Below, piece by piece: positions 49,437-58,106 of a stretch of DNA of 64,000 nucleotides (position 1 is the stretch's first letter; each line of letters opens with the position of its first letter). The translations under genes were made by a program, and so were the position numbers. The notes under the pieces were generated by a model. The model was not told the origin of the DNA. It made no database searches and saw only the letters and a list, made by a program, of their open reading frames with translations. Where the stretch lies: assembly GCA_041671325.1 (NCBI GenBank), contig JBAZBR010000001.1:415504-479503 (forward strand), written 5' to 3'. The stretch is from Patescibacteria group bacterium. Its GTDB lineage: Bacteria > Patescibacteriota > Patescibacteriia > PEXW01.

Positions 49437-49509
49437 TTTTTTCAACCGACGAAATTGCTTCTTCGGCTGGAAAAATCGCAGGATGCCGGATGGCATCCTG
49501 CAAAATGAC
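49437..49509 (-). terminator. Copy 1 of a repeated ~70-nt intergenic cassette: 10-bp GC hairpin (gcaggatgcc-NNNN-ggcatcctgc) + U-tract, then a conserved spacer leading into the next RBS
   Basis: Near-identical copies at 49776-49846 and 50985-51058. Each sits between consecutive minus-strand genes. Confidence 0.65.
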
Positions 49510-49749
49510 CTAATGCAAGCCAAGGTCTCTTGGGTTGACCTTAGTTAACACTATTAATATGGTCACCATCATCAAGCAAAATTCAAAAATTGCGGTGGTG
49601 AAGAAGCCAATACCCACTCCTATAATGATTGATGTGGGTTGCGCTTCAAATAAAGTGATGATTATCACCGCTATTGCTACTCCCAATCCTGAAGCGATCA
49701 CTAGATTGAGAGCCAATATCACCAACAGCGCTTTCATTTGAATTTTCAT
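49510..49749 (-). CDS. Small (79 aa) two-TM membrane protein
   Basis: AAGGAGA RBS-like element 5 nt upstream; flanked on both sides by the cassette. Confidence 0.5.
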   Translation of the reverse strand: MKIQMKALLVILALNLVIASGLGVAIAVIIITLFEAQPTSIIIGVGIGFFTTAIFEFCLMMVTILIVLTKVNPRDLGLH

Positions 49750-49775
49750 TTATTTCTCCTTTTTGTTTTTTTCTC

Positions 49776-49846
49776 TTTTTTCAACCGGAGAATTGCATCT
49801 TCGGCTGGAAAAAACGCAGGATGCCGGATGACATCCTGCAAAAGAG
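49776..49846 (-). terminator. Copy 2 of the repeated terminator cassette
   Basis: The same hairpin, with gacatcctgc in the second arm, followed by a U-tract. Confidence 0.65.
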
Positions 49847-50937
49847 CTAGTCTTCTTCGTAAGACCGGCAGACTTCACGTTTGATCTCATCAAAAACTAG
49901 GCGACTCGATCTAGCTTTGCGAGGAATCCGAGTTGGATTAACCCGATCTACAAAACTGCAAAGCGCTACTTGCGATCGCTGATATTGCTCTTCCAGCTTT
50001 TCAAGCCAGCGCCTTTTTTGTGCCTCCTCTCTCGCTCGTTTGATATCCTGCTCATCAAACTTTTTCAGAACAGCGTTTCCAATCACAATAGCTATGAAAA
50101 CTACGCAGAAGGTCCCGACAGCAAGATACATGACGTTCGCGGAATGAGTGGCGTTGAAGATCCGGCCCAGCACCATGAAAATGACAAAAGTCAAAATCGG
50201 GTAGATAGGCCGGAACATCCACAACCATGGCTTATTCCAGTACCAGGACTGATCCCAATAAATATATTTGGGTTCGCCAGAAAATATATCAATCCGGAAA
50301 GGGTTGACATATTTCCAATTTGGCACTCGGCCGATTGCCAGGTTCCACAGGCAAACCACGGCATTGACCAAAACCATAAAAATCCAACCAATTGCCACAA
50401 TAAACGGCTGGAGGGAATAGGCCGGAAAAATCCGGCGACGGCGCATATGGCATTGGTCAAAAGCTGGATGGGTAAACCAGAAATTTACCCATTTCCAGTC
50501 CCAGGGTTTGGCCGGAAACAGTTTCGGATCAACAGCAACGGTTTCCATCGCTTGGTCCATGGTGTTTTCCAGGTCATTGAGAAACGCCGAATTGCCACTA
50601 TTTAAAACTGTTGTACGATATTTACTATCCGACCTGCTAAGGTAGTTATCCTCAGGAGAAGACAGCTTTATTCCATTTTCAGTCTTATCCCAGCAAATGG
50701 TGATGAAAATTCGGTGTGCACCTGAGGATTTGAAGGGAATGTAAAAAGCTAGTTCCGACAGAGGCCGGATATATCGATGCTCATTTTTTTTCTTGACCGA
50801 ATAATCAACGATCAAGACGCATGGGTTTTCTCGGCTTTCACTTTTCAGCTTAGCCAAGGTTTCGGCGTTCGTGCACCACCTGACCACTGTGGTCGGATTG
50901 GCTGCGACTTTACTCTCAACAAACAACTGAAGCATTT
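49847..50937 (-). CDS. Hypothetical membrane protein (about 363 aa: N-terminal soluble domain, 3 TM, C-terminal charged coiled-coil-like tail)
   Basis: Start reassigned to MLQLFVESKV, with AAGGAGG 4 nt upstream. The track ORF extends to 51091, reading through the repeated cassette. No recognisable domain. Confidence 0.5.
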
Positions 50938-50984
50938 TTCCTCCTTTGAATTTTAGCTTCTTTTTAATTCTGTTTTTTAGTTTT

Positions 50985-51058
50985 TCTCTTTTCAACCGAC
51001 GAATTGCTTTATCGGCTGGAAAAAGTGCAGGATGCCGGATGGCATCCTGCAAAATGAC
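50985..51058 (-). terminator. Copy 3 of the repeated terminator cassette
   Basis: The same gcaggatgcc/ggcatcctgc hairpin followed by a U-tract. Confidence 0.65.
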
Positions 51059-51094
51059 TTTTCGAGATAGTCCTACTGTCACAAACGACATTGA

Positions 51095-51478
51095 TTAAGG
51101 CCGCCAATGCCGTTCCTCAAAGTCAAGGTGTTCAACTTGACCAAGAGGAAGATAGAAAACTGCGATCGTATCAAGGGAACCATCATCCTTTTGCCAAAAA
51201 CACAGTTTTTGTCCGTATGACGGCAACGCGTCGTTCACGCGCACAGATGGAAAATTTTGCTCAGTGAGCGTATCAAAAGGCGGTTCTTTGCCAACCGCCA
51301 CAAAATAATCAACGACAACTTTCGTCTCGCCGTCGATTTTGACGGTATGTACTCTGTAGCTGAGTACATCAGCTTCCTTCGGAATCCCTTTACTTATCAG
51401 GCTCATGCCCCAGCCAACCGAAAAAATGATAGCAAGAGCTATTACGACCACGATAACGTTACTTGTTCTTCTGTTCAT
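51095..51478 (-). CDS. Small membrane-anchored hypothetical protein (127 aa)
   Basis: AGGAGG 5 nt upstream; N-terminal TM VIVVVIALAIIFSVGWG. Confidence 0.5.
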   Translation of the reverse strand: MNRRTSNVIVVVIALAIIFSVGWGMSLISKGIPKEADVLSYRVHTVKIDGETKVVVDYFVAVGKEPPFDTLTEQNFPSVRVNDALPSYGQKLCFWQKDDGSLDTIAVFYLPLGQVEHLDFEERHWRP

Positions 51479-51618
51479 TTCTACCTCCTGTTAAACATTT
51501 AGTTTTTAATTTTTTCATTTTCTCATCTCGAATAACCTTTTGAAAAGATTAACCGGGACGAAAGCAGAGTTTAAGAAAATGTAAATTTTTAGGTACTCTG
51601 CAAAACCCTCAATTTCTA

Positions 51619-51861
51619 CTAATCAGTCTCCATGTAAAGCACGAGAGCATCACGAAGACTTTTGTACAGCCATATGCCTATACTTATGATCCAGTTTGTC
51701 ACATAAGCAATACCAACAAACACGACTGCTAGAGTTAACCCCGCAATTGGCCACTTAACATCCTTAAGAGTAAATGAACAGTGGTAGAAGAAAAAAAGGT
51801 ATACTGGACAAAAAATTATATACCTTTGAGTCTTTTTCCAAAACATTGGGAACTCAGACAT
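51619..51861 (-). CDS. Small (80 aa) two-TM membrane protein
   Basis: GAAGGA RBS-like element upstream; hydrophobic. Confidence 0.4.
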   Translation of the reverse strand: MSEFPMFWKKTQRYIIFCPVYLFFFYHCSFTLKDVKWPIAGLTLAVVFVGIAYVTNWIISIGIWLYKSLRDALVLYMETD

Positions 51862-52077
51862 TTTTTCCTTCTTTCAAAATTGGTTTATTTTCTTCTATTT
51901 ATTTGAAGACATAAAATCCAAATATCTTGAATTAATCTTTATCTCCCCAAGTAAATAGAAAAAATTGTCAAGGTGCCTTCCCTTTTCTCGCAATTATTCA
52001 AAATCGCTTTACTTAACATACCCGCGCTTGCATGGCAAAAACCAGATCCTCCCAAAAAGCGTGGTATGAGAGCGCCT

Positions 52078-52195
52078 GTCTTTAAATAAAGGCTGCTTTT
52101 TTGCCCTTGCTCTCTCGGCAAAAAAGCCAGTAAATGCGATTTTTATGAATTAACAAACAACAGGGAAATATAGTCTATTTCTTGAATTTTGTCAA
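52078..52195 (-). ncRNA. Candidate small RNA / transcription attenuator: consensus sigma-70 promoter followed ~80 nt later by an intrinsic terminator
   Basis: Minus strand: TTGACA (plus 52190-52195), 17 nt, TATATT (plus 52167-52172). Hairpin ggcttttttgcc / ggcaaaaaagc(ag)cc at plus 52091-52130, followed by UUUAUUU. Confidence 0.35.
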
Positions 52196-52320
52196 GCCCA
52201 TGTACCACTAAGGTTAGCCATTTTTATTCCTCCCAAACCCGTTCCAGTCTTCGGCTTTCCCGCACCCGCCTTCGATACCTTTGCAAGGGGAGGAGCTTAA
52301 AGAATTTTGTATAAAAAATT

Positions 52321-52358
52321 GGATTAAAAAGAGCTTCTGCAATTTCTGCAAAAGCTCT
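52321..52358 (-). terminator. Terminator-like hairpin after the 909-aa gene
   Basis: Minus strand: agagcttttgcag-aaa-ttgcagaagctct followed by ttttt. Confidence 0.4.
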
Positions 52359-52423
52359 CATTTGTTCATTTTACACATATGGACTTTCCAAGTTTCCAGG
52401 TGTGTAGGCTAAAGACCGGTTTT

Positions 52424-55153
52424 TTACTTAACCAAGAGCATTTTCTTGGTTTGGGTGAAAGATCCAGCAGACAAGCGATAAAAATAAACCCCCGAAGCGT
52501 ATCTGGAAGCCTCCCAGGTTTTGGCGTACTCGCCCGCTTCCTGGTATTCATTCAATATCGTTTCCACTTTCTGGCCCAGAAGGTTATAGACTTCCAGGCT
52601 GACTTCGCCGGCTTGAGGCAAAGTATAACTGATGGTCGTAGTTGGGTTAAAGGGATTGGGATAATTCTGGCTCAAAGCAAATTCTTTAGGCAGAGAAACA
52701 TCTTCCTCTGTTTCAGTATTTTGCTTCATTAATCCAGAACCGCTGGCGTTGAACTTGCCCATGATAAATCCATTAGTATAATCCCAGCCATAGCCTTCAG
52801 CCCGCCACCAGTAAGCCTGGTACAGAAAGCTGGAACCCGTGGACAAGAAAGAGTGGATAGCGCTGGAATACTGGCCATAGCGACAGGCCATGACGACATC
52901 AGCGTAACCGTCGCCATTGATGTCGCCCATTTGCATATACGGCATGGCATCCAGACTGTAGGAATCAAAATGCCACCACCAGCCTCGGTAATTAAAGCCT
53001 GAACCCGTGGAAAGAAAAGCCAGAAGCGCAGTTTCGCTTGGGCCATAACGGCAGGCCATGACTAAGTCTGATTTGCCGTCGCTATTCAAGTCGCCCATTT
53101 CCATGAACTTCATGGCATCTAGACTGAACCAGCCATCAGCCCAGAACCAGTACGGCACATAATTGAAGTAAGTGCCGTTGGTAAGGAATACATGGAGGGC
53201 GGTACTGGCTGGACCATACTTATAAGCCATGACAATATCGTCCCCGCCATCACCATTCAAATCGCCCGCGCTTACGAACTTGACGGCTTCGGCGCAGTAC
53301 CAGCCCGGCGCATGCCACCAGCCTTCATTACCCTGGTATATGAAATTCGTACCAGTGGAAAGCAGGACATGGATGCGAGTATCGCAACTACCGTAATTAT
53401 AGACTACGGCGATATCATCTTTGCAATCGCCGTTAAAATCCCCAGACACCGCGCCCTTGATGGCATAAGTGCAATAGCCGTTTGATTGCCACCAATAAAC
53501 CTGGTATTCAAAGCTTGAACCCCGGCTTAGAAGCATGTGAATGCCCACGCTGGATTCGCCATATTTGTAAATCATGGCAATATCCGTCAAGCCATCGCCG
53601 TTATAATCCCCGGCTATGCTCTTAAAAACGTACTGCAGGCAATAATTATTGAGGATTTTCCAGCCATCATTGCCTTGGTAGGCGAAGTTAGAGCCGTTGG
53701 AAAGCAGTACGTGCGCGCGGGTTTGGCAACCGCCGTAATCATACAAAACCGCCAGATCAGACTTGGGATCAACGATGCCAGTTGAGATGTGCACCTGGAT
53801 TGGCCAGACTTGCGTACCCGCAGCATTGTAAGCGTAAACAGTTCCCCCGCGCTCTTCCATCCGGCCAGTCTTGAAGTATTGGACATTGCCTTCGCGATCG
53901 CGGGTTGGCGCGCCAATGACCCAAGCCCCGGCTTCCTGGATGTTGGTATAGGTATCCAGGAAGTTTCCATACAAATAATAAGCTTCGTTGGTGGCTTCGG
54001 GATTGGTGTAATTGCGGGGGTCATAGAAAATCATGCCCCTGCCCCGCGCTCCCCAATTGAATTCTTGGACGCAATAATCCGTGGCCCGGCCAAAAGCTGG
54101 CCAATTGGAGACGACCTTTCCCATCGCCTCGCCAACCATTTGCCTGGCACCGTTTCTTTCATACGCCCGAGCAATCAAGTATGAGTGCTGGTTATCCCAG
54201 CCGGAATTTGTCCAGCCTGGCGCGCAATTCGGATATTGGTTTACGGAAACCGAACTGCCGTTCCAGTACAAGTAGCCTTTTTGGAAGTCCTGCCTGGCAT
54301 TGCCGTAACCCGCATACTCATTGTTTATAGGCATGCCCAGCGAACTTTGCGGACCATTCAAACTGTTCCACTTGCCGTAAAAGCCGGTTTTTACCACGTA
54401 GGCTTTTCTGGCACCGCCTAAAGCGTCATAAACAATGGCACAAGCACCATAAACAGTACCGAAATAATCCTCACGATAACAGCGTCGGGCGCAGTTATTG
54501 GCATCATAGCGGTCGTTGCTGTCCCAATTTCCCGGCCACCATGCCACGTTACTGACCTTGTTCCCAATGCTGCTGCCATGACGGACTTTCTCAACTTCAA
54601 AGATGTTGCGGTTGAGAGAAGTGTAACGATGTTGACCATCATCTGAATAAGAACAGTTCGATGGCCCAGTTGGCGTCCCGATATCCTCGAAATTCCACGG
54701 AATCGAACTTCCATTCACCGCGGTTTGATGTTGGTAGTGAATATGTGGCCCAGTTGAATTTCCGGTAGTACCACACATTCCTATGACTTGCCCTTGCACA
54801 ACGTACTCGCCAACTTTAACTACGACGCTTTGCAAATGAGCTAAACGGTCATACGATGATTCACCTATTTTTATCTCAACGGTATTGCCCCAACCATCGT
54901 TATAACCACCACCATCATACACGGCAGCTACAACTCCCGAATTCGACGCTAAAACTGGTTTGTTTAAGTCACTTGTACTGATTGTCCCCCAATTGAAATC
55001 GAATCCATATCTGTAGACACTTACATGTCCACATTGATCCTGTCCGCGGCTGCACCACCAAGTTTCCCCATACATAAATGGGGCTTTCGTACCAGCTATA
55101 GCAGTGGACACAATAGCCATAGCCAATACGACAACAGTAAATACCTTCTTCAT
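52424..55153 (-). CDS. Large secreted multidomain protein: N-terminal M23 (LytM) metallopeptidase domain, central FG-GAP/VCBS repeat region, C-terminal T9SS-type sorting domain (Por secretion tail)
   Basis: AGGAGG 9 nt upstream; signal peptide. M23 motifs H..L......G..V..G..IG..G.TGNSTGPHIHY. At least six GDxNGDG repeats. Por-tail C-terminus (NYPNPFNPTTTISYTLP...GVYFYRL). Confidence 0.7.
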   Translation of the reverse strand: MKKVFTVVVLAMAIVSTAIAGTKAPFMYGETWWCSRGQDQCGHVSVYRYGFDFNWGTISTSDLNKPVLASNSGVVAAVYDGGGYNDGWGNTVEIKIGESSYDRLAHLQSVVVKVGEYVVQGQVIGMCGTTGNSTGPHIHYQHQTAVNGSSIPWNFEDIGTPTGPSNCSYSDDGQHRYTSLNRNIFEVEKVRHGSSIGNKVSNVAWWPGNWDSNDRYDANNCARRCYREDYFGTVYGACAIVYDALGGARKAYVVKTGFYGKWNSLNGPQSSLGMPINNEYAGYGNARQDFQKGYLYWNGSSVSVNQYPNCAPGWTNSGWDNQHSYLIARAYERNGARQMVGEAMGKVVSNWPAFGRATDYCVQEFNWGARGRGMIFYDPRNYTNPEATNEAYYLYGNFLDTYTNIQEAGAWVIGAPTRDREGNVQYFKTGRMEERGGTVYAYNAAGTQVWPIQVHISTGIVDPKSDLAVLYDYGGCQTRAHVLLSNGSNFAYQGNDGWKILNNYCLQYVFKSIAGDYNGDGLTDIAMIYKYGESSVGIHMLLSRGSSFEYQVYWWQSNGYCTYAIKGAVSGDFNGDCKDDIAVVYNYGSCDTRIHVLLSTGTNFIYQGNEGWWHAPGWYCAEAVKFVSAGDLNGDGGDDIVMAYKYGPASTALHVFLTNGTYFNYVPYWFWADGWFSLDAMKFMEMGDLNSDGKSDLVMACRYGPSETALLAFLSTGSGFNYRGWWWHFDSYSLDAMPYMQMGDINGDGYADVVMACRYGQYSSAIHSFLSTGSSFLYQAYWWRAEGYGWDYTNGFIMGKFNASGSGLMKQNTETEEDVSLPKEFALSQNYPNPFNPTTTISYTLPQAGEVSLEVYNLLGQKVETILNEYQEAGEYAKTWEASRYASGVYFYRLSAGSFTQTKKMLLVK

Positions 55154-55223
55154 TGTTACAGACCTCCTGAGACATAGTCTCGGTTTAAGTTACTATTTAA
55201 TTGTCAACGTACGTTTTTTAGAT

Positions 55224-55970
55224 TTACTTAATTAAAAACGAACTAATAATGTTGTTAAATGTATTTAAAGCCGAAGTCCTAATATCCCCACCTGAGTAGA
55301 GCCGAAGAAAAATGAATTTTTTTTCATTGTAAACAATTTGAGACATCAGTTGAGGAACAGAATTACTAGCGAAAAGCTTACTTCCAATTCCATGGTTATA
55401 CCCAACTGAAGTACTTTGCGTTACCGATATACCCGCAAACTGAATTTGTCTCTCTGTATGACTAATTTCCTGACCCAAATCTTGAGCAAATTCCCAACCC
55501 GCCACTTTTGTATTTTGAACACCTATATCGATATATGATTGATTTAAATATAATCTTGTCCAAGGATCGCGAACATCTTCTGTGGTTATATCACCGTTGA
55601 GTAGAGAAATTCTAAGTAGGTCATTATTATCAACGGCTGAAATTTTCCAATCTTTTGGATATTTAAAATTGATACCATAATTATCGTTGACATATACCTT
55701 CCATTCACTAGTATTTACATTACTATTCGCATTTCCATTAAATCCCGAATTTACGTTCAAGTTTGAATTTACGTTAATTGGGGAATTAATATTTACATTC
55801 TGGTTAGTTTTATTAATAATATTGTCGTTATTGGTATTAATATTCTCTTGTTTTAACAAAAAATATCCGACGATTAATAAAGCGGCAATAATTACCCCAA
55901 ATATTACCCAGGCGATAATTGTGTTTTTTGGGGTATTTAAGGGCTGATTTTGAGGGTTATTTTGGTCCAT
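55224..55970 (-). CDS. Membrane-anchored hypothetical protein with Asn-rich low-complexity linker
   Basis: AT-rich, no Shine-Dalgarno site (host-like). N-terminal TM IIAWVIFGVIIAALLIVGYFLL. Confidence 0.5.
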   Translation of the reverse strand: MDQNNPQNQPLNTPKNTIIAWVIFGVIIAALLIVGYFLLKQENINTNNDNIINKTNQNVNINSPINVNSNLNVNSGFNGNANSNVNTSEWKVYVNDNYGINFKYPKDWKISAVDNNDLLRISLLNGDITTEDVRDPWTRLYLNQSYIDIGVQNTKVAGWEFAQDLGQEISHTERQIQFAGISVTQSTSVGYNHGIGSKLFASNSVPQLMSQIVYNEKKFIFLRLYSGGDIRTSALNTFNNIISSFLIK

Positions 55971-56039
55971 AAATGATTAATTAATATTTGCTTAATTTAA
56001 GGCTATCACACTTTTTGGCTAAAAAAGACAAAGTTATCC

Positions 56040-56330
56040 ACGATAAAACCGCGACGGCGCGACGGCGCTCGGGTCACCGCGAATGTCGGGTTTCGCGTGC
56101 TATTAGTGGGTTATAGCCCGCTTCACCCTTTATTCGCGTGCCCCTCTACCCCATCCCGCCGTATGGCGGGACGTGCTCACTACGTTCCGCGCCACATCTG
56201 CGGGGATCCCCTGATTTTTAACCAAATGTGCCGCTCTTCTTCACAAACCCGTGCTCGTCACGCTGCTGCGAGCCTGCGCTCCTGTCTTGTGGGGACCCCA
56301 AAATAAGAAACCTTAAATAATCCTGCATTC
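56040..56330. other. About 290-nt GC-rich (~60%) noncoding block in AT-rich surroundings; candidate structured RNA or decayed foreign fragment
   Basis: No protein-like ORF. Multiple short GC stems (ggggatcccc, gcgacggc x2). Confidence 0.3.
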
Positions 56331-56597
56331 CTGATTTACAGGGACCCAGATACAAAAAATAAACCTCGACTTATCTTAGCCGAAACCTTTTCACCACAAC
56401 GATACGGAGATCTACACCCAAACCCAACCCCCCTGTTAAACCGCTGGTTCCAATTTCACATCCACGGGTAAAATACACCACGTCATTGCGAGTGCAAACG
56501 AAGCAACCCCATTTAATATTGAATCAAATATATTAAACAACTATAATTACAAAACTAAGCAAACATAATATTTATAAATCCTTTTCATATATAAAAC

Positions 56598-57230
56598 ATG
56601 CTCAGATCAGAACGTATTGCCAAAAAAATTAATAAGAAAATTCAGTTATGGTCTAAAAACCAAACCAAATTAATCGTGGCAATTGACGGCTATGCCGGTG
56701 CCGGGAAAACCACAGTTACTGACTATCTTGCGAAACAAAACCATAATGTACTGCCTGTCCACTTGGATGATTTTATTAAGCATTGGAAAGACAGGAAGAA
56801 GATACTTGATACAGCTAAAAATAAATCACGAATTTTTGAATGCCGCTGGTTTCGCTATGATGATCTTGAAAAATTACTAAATGCTTTTAAAACAAAAAAT
56901 AAAGGGGTAATAAAATTTAGAACATACAACTACAACAAAAATAATTTCGGTCCCCAAAAATCGTTTGACTTATCCAAAAAAATTCTGATGATTGATGGCA
57001 TCTTTCTATTTAATCCTAAACGTAAAATATTCAAATTGCTGGATAAAACAATTTACCTTAATGTTGATTTTGCCAAAGCTGATAAAAAGAGAATTGCCAG
57101 GGAAAAGAAAAAATGGGGTAAAAATTATATTCCAGAAAATCATCCCGATAATTGGACAAAATACTACAAAAAAGCTTATCGCGGGTATGTAAAAAAACAA
57201 AAACCACAAAATAGCGACTTGGTGTTTTAA
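56598..57230 (+). CDS. P-loop nucleoside/nucleotide kinase (uridine kinase / nicotinamide-riboside kinase family-like)
   Basis: Walker A IDGYAGAGKTT, and a Udk-like second half (ILMIDGIFLF...DKTIYLNVDFAKADKKRIARE). Confidence 0.55.
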   Translation: MLRSERIAKKINKKIQLWSKNQTKLIVAIDGYAGAGKTTVTDYLAKQNHNVLPVHLDDFIKHWKDRKKILDTAKNKSRIFECRWFRYDDLEKLLNAFKTKNKGVIKFRTYNYNKNNFGPQKSFDLSKKILMIDGIFLFNPKRKIFKLLDKTIYLNVDFAKADKKRIAREKKKWGKNYIPENHPDNWTKYYKKAYRGYVKKQKPQNSDLVF

Positions 57231-57303
57231 GTGTAATATTTTATTAGATTATTAATTAAGTCCCGACAACTCTCCCCTCTCCCTATATCGCCACTTCCGT
57301 GCG

Positions 57304-57333
57304 AGGTTTCCTGGAATAAAAAAAGACGACAGT
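57304..57333 (-). terminator. Rho-independent terminator after the Nudix-like gene
   Basis: Minus strand: agacgaca-aatac-tgtcgtct followed by ttttttt. Confidence 0.6.
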
Positions 57334-57350
57334 ATTTGTCGTCTTTGTAA

Positions 57351-58106
57351 TCAAACTGCCAACAACATGCGCTCAAGCAATGGGACTAGATAATCAACGC
57401 AGGTGTGGGTAGTCGAAAATGTACAGATAGTATTTTTAGTTACTCTCATAATTTCGAGCTGGGAGAATTCTGGGCGCTCATTCCGCTGGAGTAATTCTTC
57501 AGTATACAGACGAAAATGTGCACGTAATTCGTCACCGGTGAGAGCTAAACTCACCCGAAAAATTACTGCAAGGAAATTATGATCACCGCCACTTTTTAGT
57601 AAATATGGGGTAATAGCGTTAACCTTTTGCGAAGTATGTACACTTAGACCTACTTCTTCTTCAATTTCCTTCGAGATATTGCCTAGGATGTTAAACTTTC
57701 CATGATCTACATCAGAAAAATCTAAGCCACCACCAACGCACTGAAACCTGTTGGGCGTCGATGTGTGAGAAGCCATTTTGCCAAAGGAGACAAAACCATC
57801 AGATGTTTCGAGAATTGCCGATGTATAGAGAACCTTACAAGCATATTCTTCTTGTAATTCGTTTTCGAGCGTAAACATATAATGCGCATAATCTGTTTCA
57901 TCTAATACAACTTGAAGCTGATCATTTTGCATGTTTATTTTACTAACCGTAAATACTACACCACGGCGTAATGATGGCCTGTTACCTATTAAAAGCTCCC
58001 AATTGCGTTCAATTTGATAAACAATTTTTTCTGGAAGAGCAACTTTCTTACCAGAAAACACTACATCTATTCTGTGTGCGACGGGTTGTAAAAGTACTGT
58101 TTTCAT
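57351..58106 (-). CDS. Nudix-fold hydrolase-like protein (degenerate Nudix box)
   Basis: KEIEEEVGL matches the REUxEExGU helix of the Nudix box, with R replaced by K. Upstream G/E positions are non-canonical. 4-bp overlap with the SIR2-like gene. Confidence 0.45.
   Translation of the reverse strand: MKTVLLQPVAHRIDVVFSGKKVALPEKIVYQIERNWELLIGNRPSLRRGVVFTVSKINMQNDQLQVVLDETDYAHYMFTLENELQEEYACKVLYTSAILETSDGFVSFGKMASHTSTPNRFQCVGGGLDFSDVDHGKFNILGNISKEIEEEVGLSVHTSQKVNAITPYLLKSGGDHNFLAVIFRVSLALTGDELRAHFRLYTEELLQRNERPEFSQLEIMRVTKNTICTFSTTHTCVDYLVPLLERMLLAV

Noticed and set aside
49847-51091. Track ORF start at 51091 (414 aa) for the 363-aa membrane protein
   Set aside because: The first 51 codons translate the repeated terminator cassette, which is clearly intergenic in its two other copies. 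An ATG with AAGGAGG lies at 50937.
53192-54714. Several 80-136-aa ORFs on both strands inside the 909-aa gene (53192-53485, 53537-53785, 53614-54024, 53789-54184, 54418-54714 and others)
   Set aside because: All overlap the strongly supported M23/FG-GAP/T9SS-CTD reading frame. GC-rich sequence generates long spurious frames.
56040-56330. Possible tmRNA (the reverse strand reads ...R L A A A stop, reminiscent of an ssrA tag ending)
   Set aside because: No tRNA-like acceptor/T-arm (GGUUCGAUUCC...CCA) at either end; the resemblance is limited to a short Ala-rich codon run.
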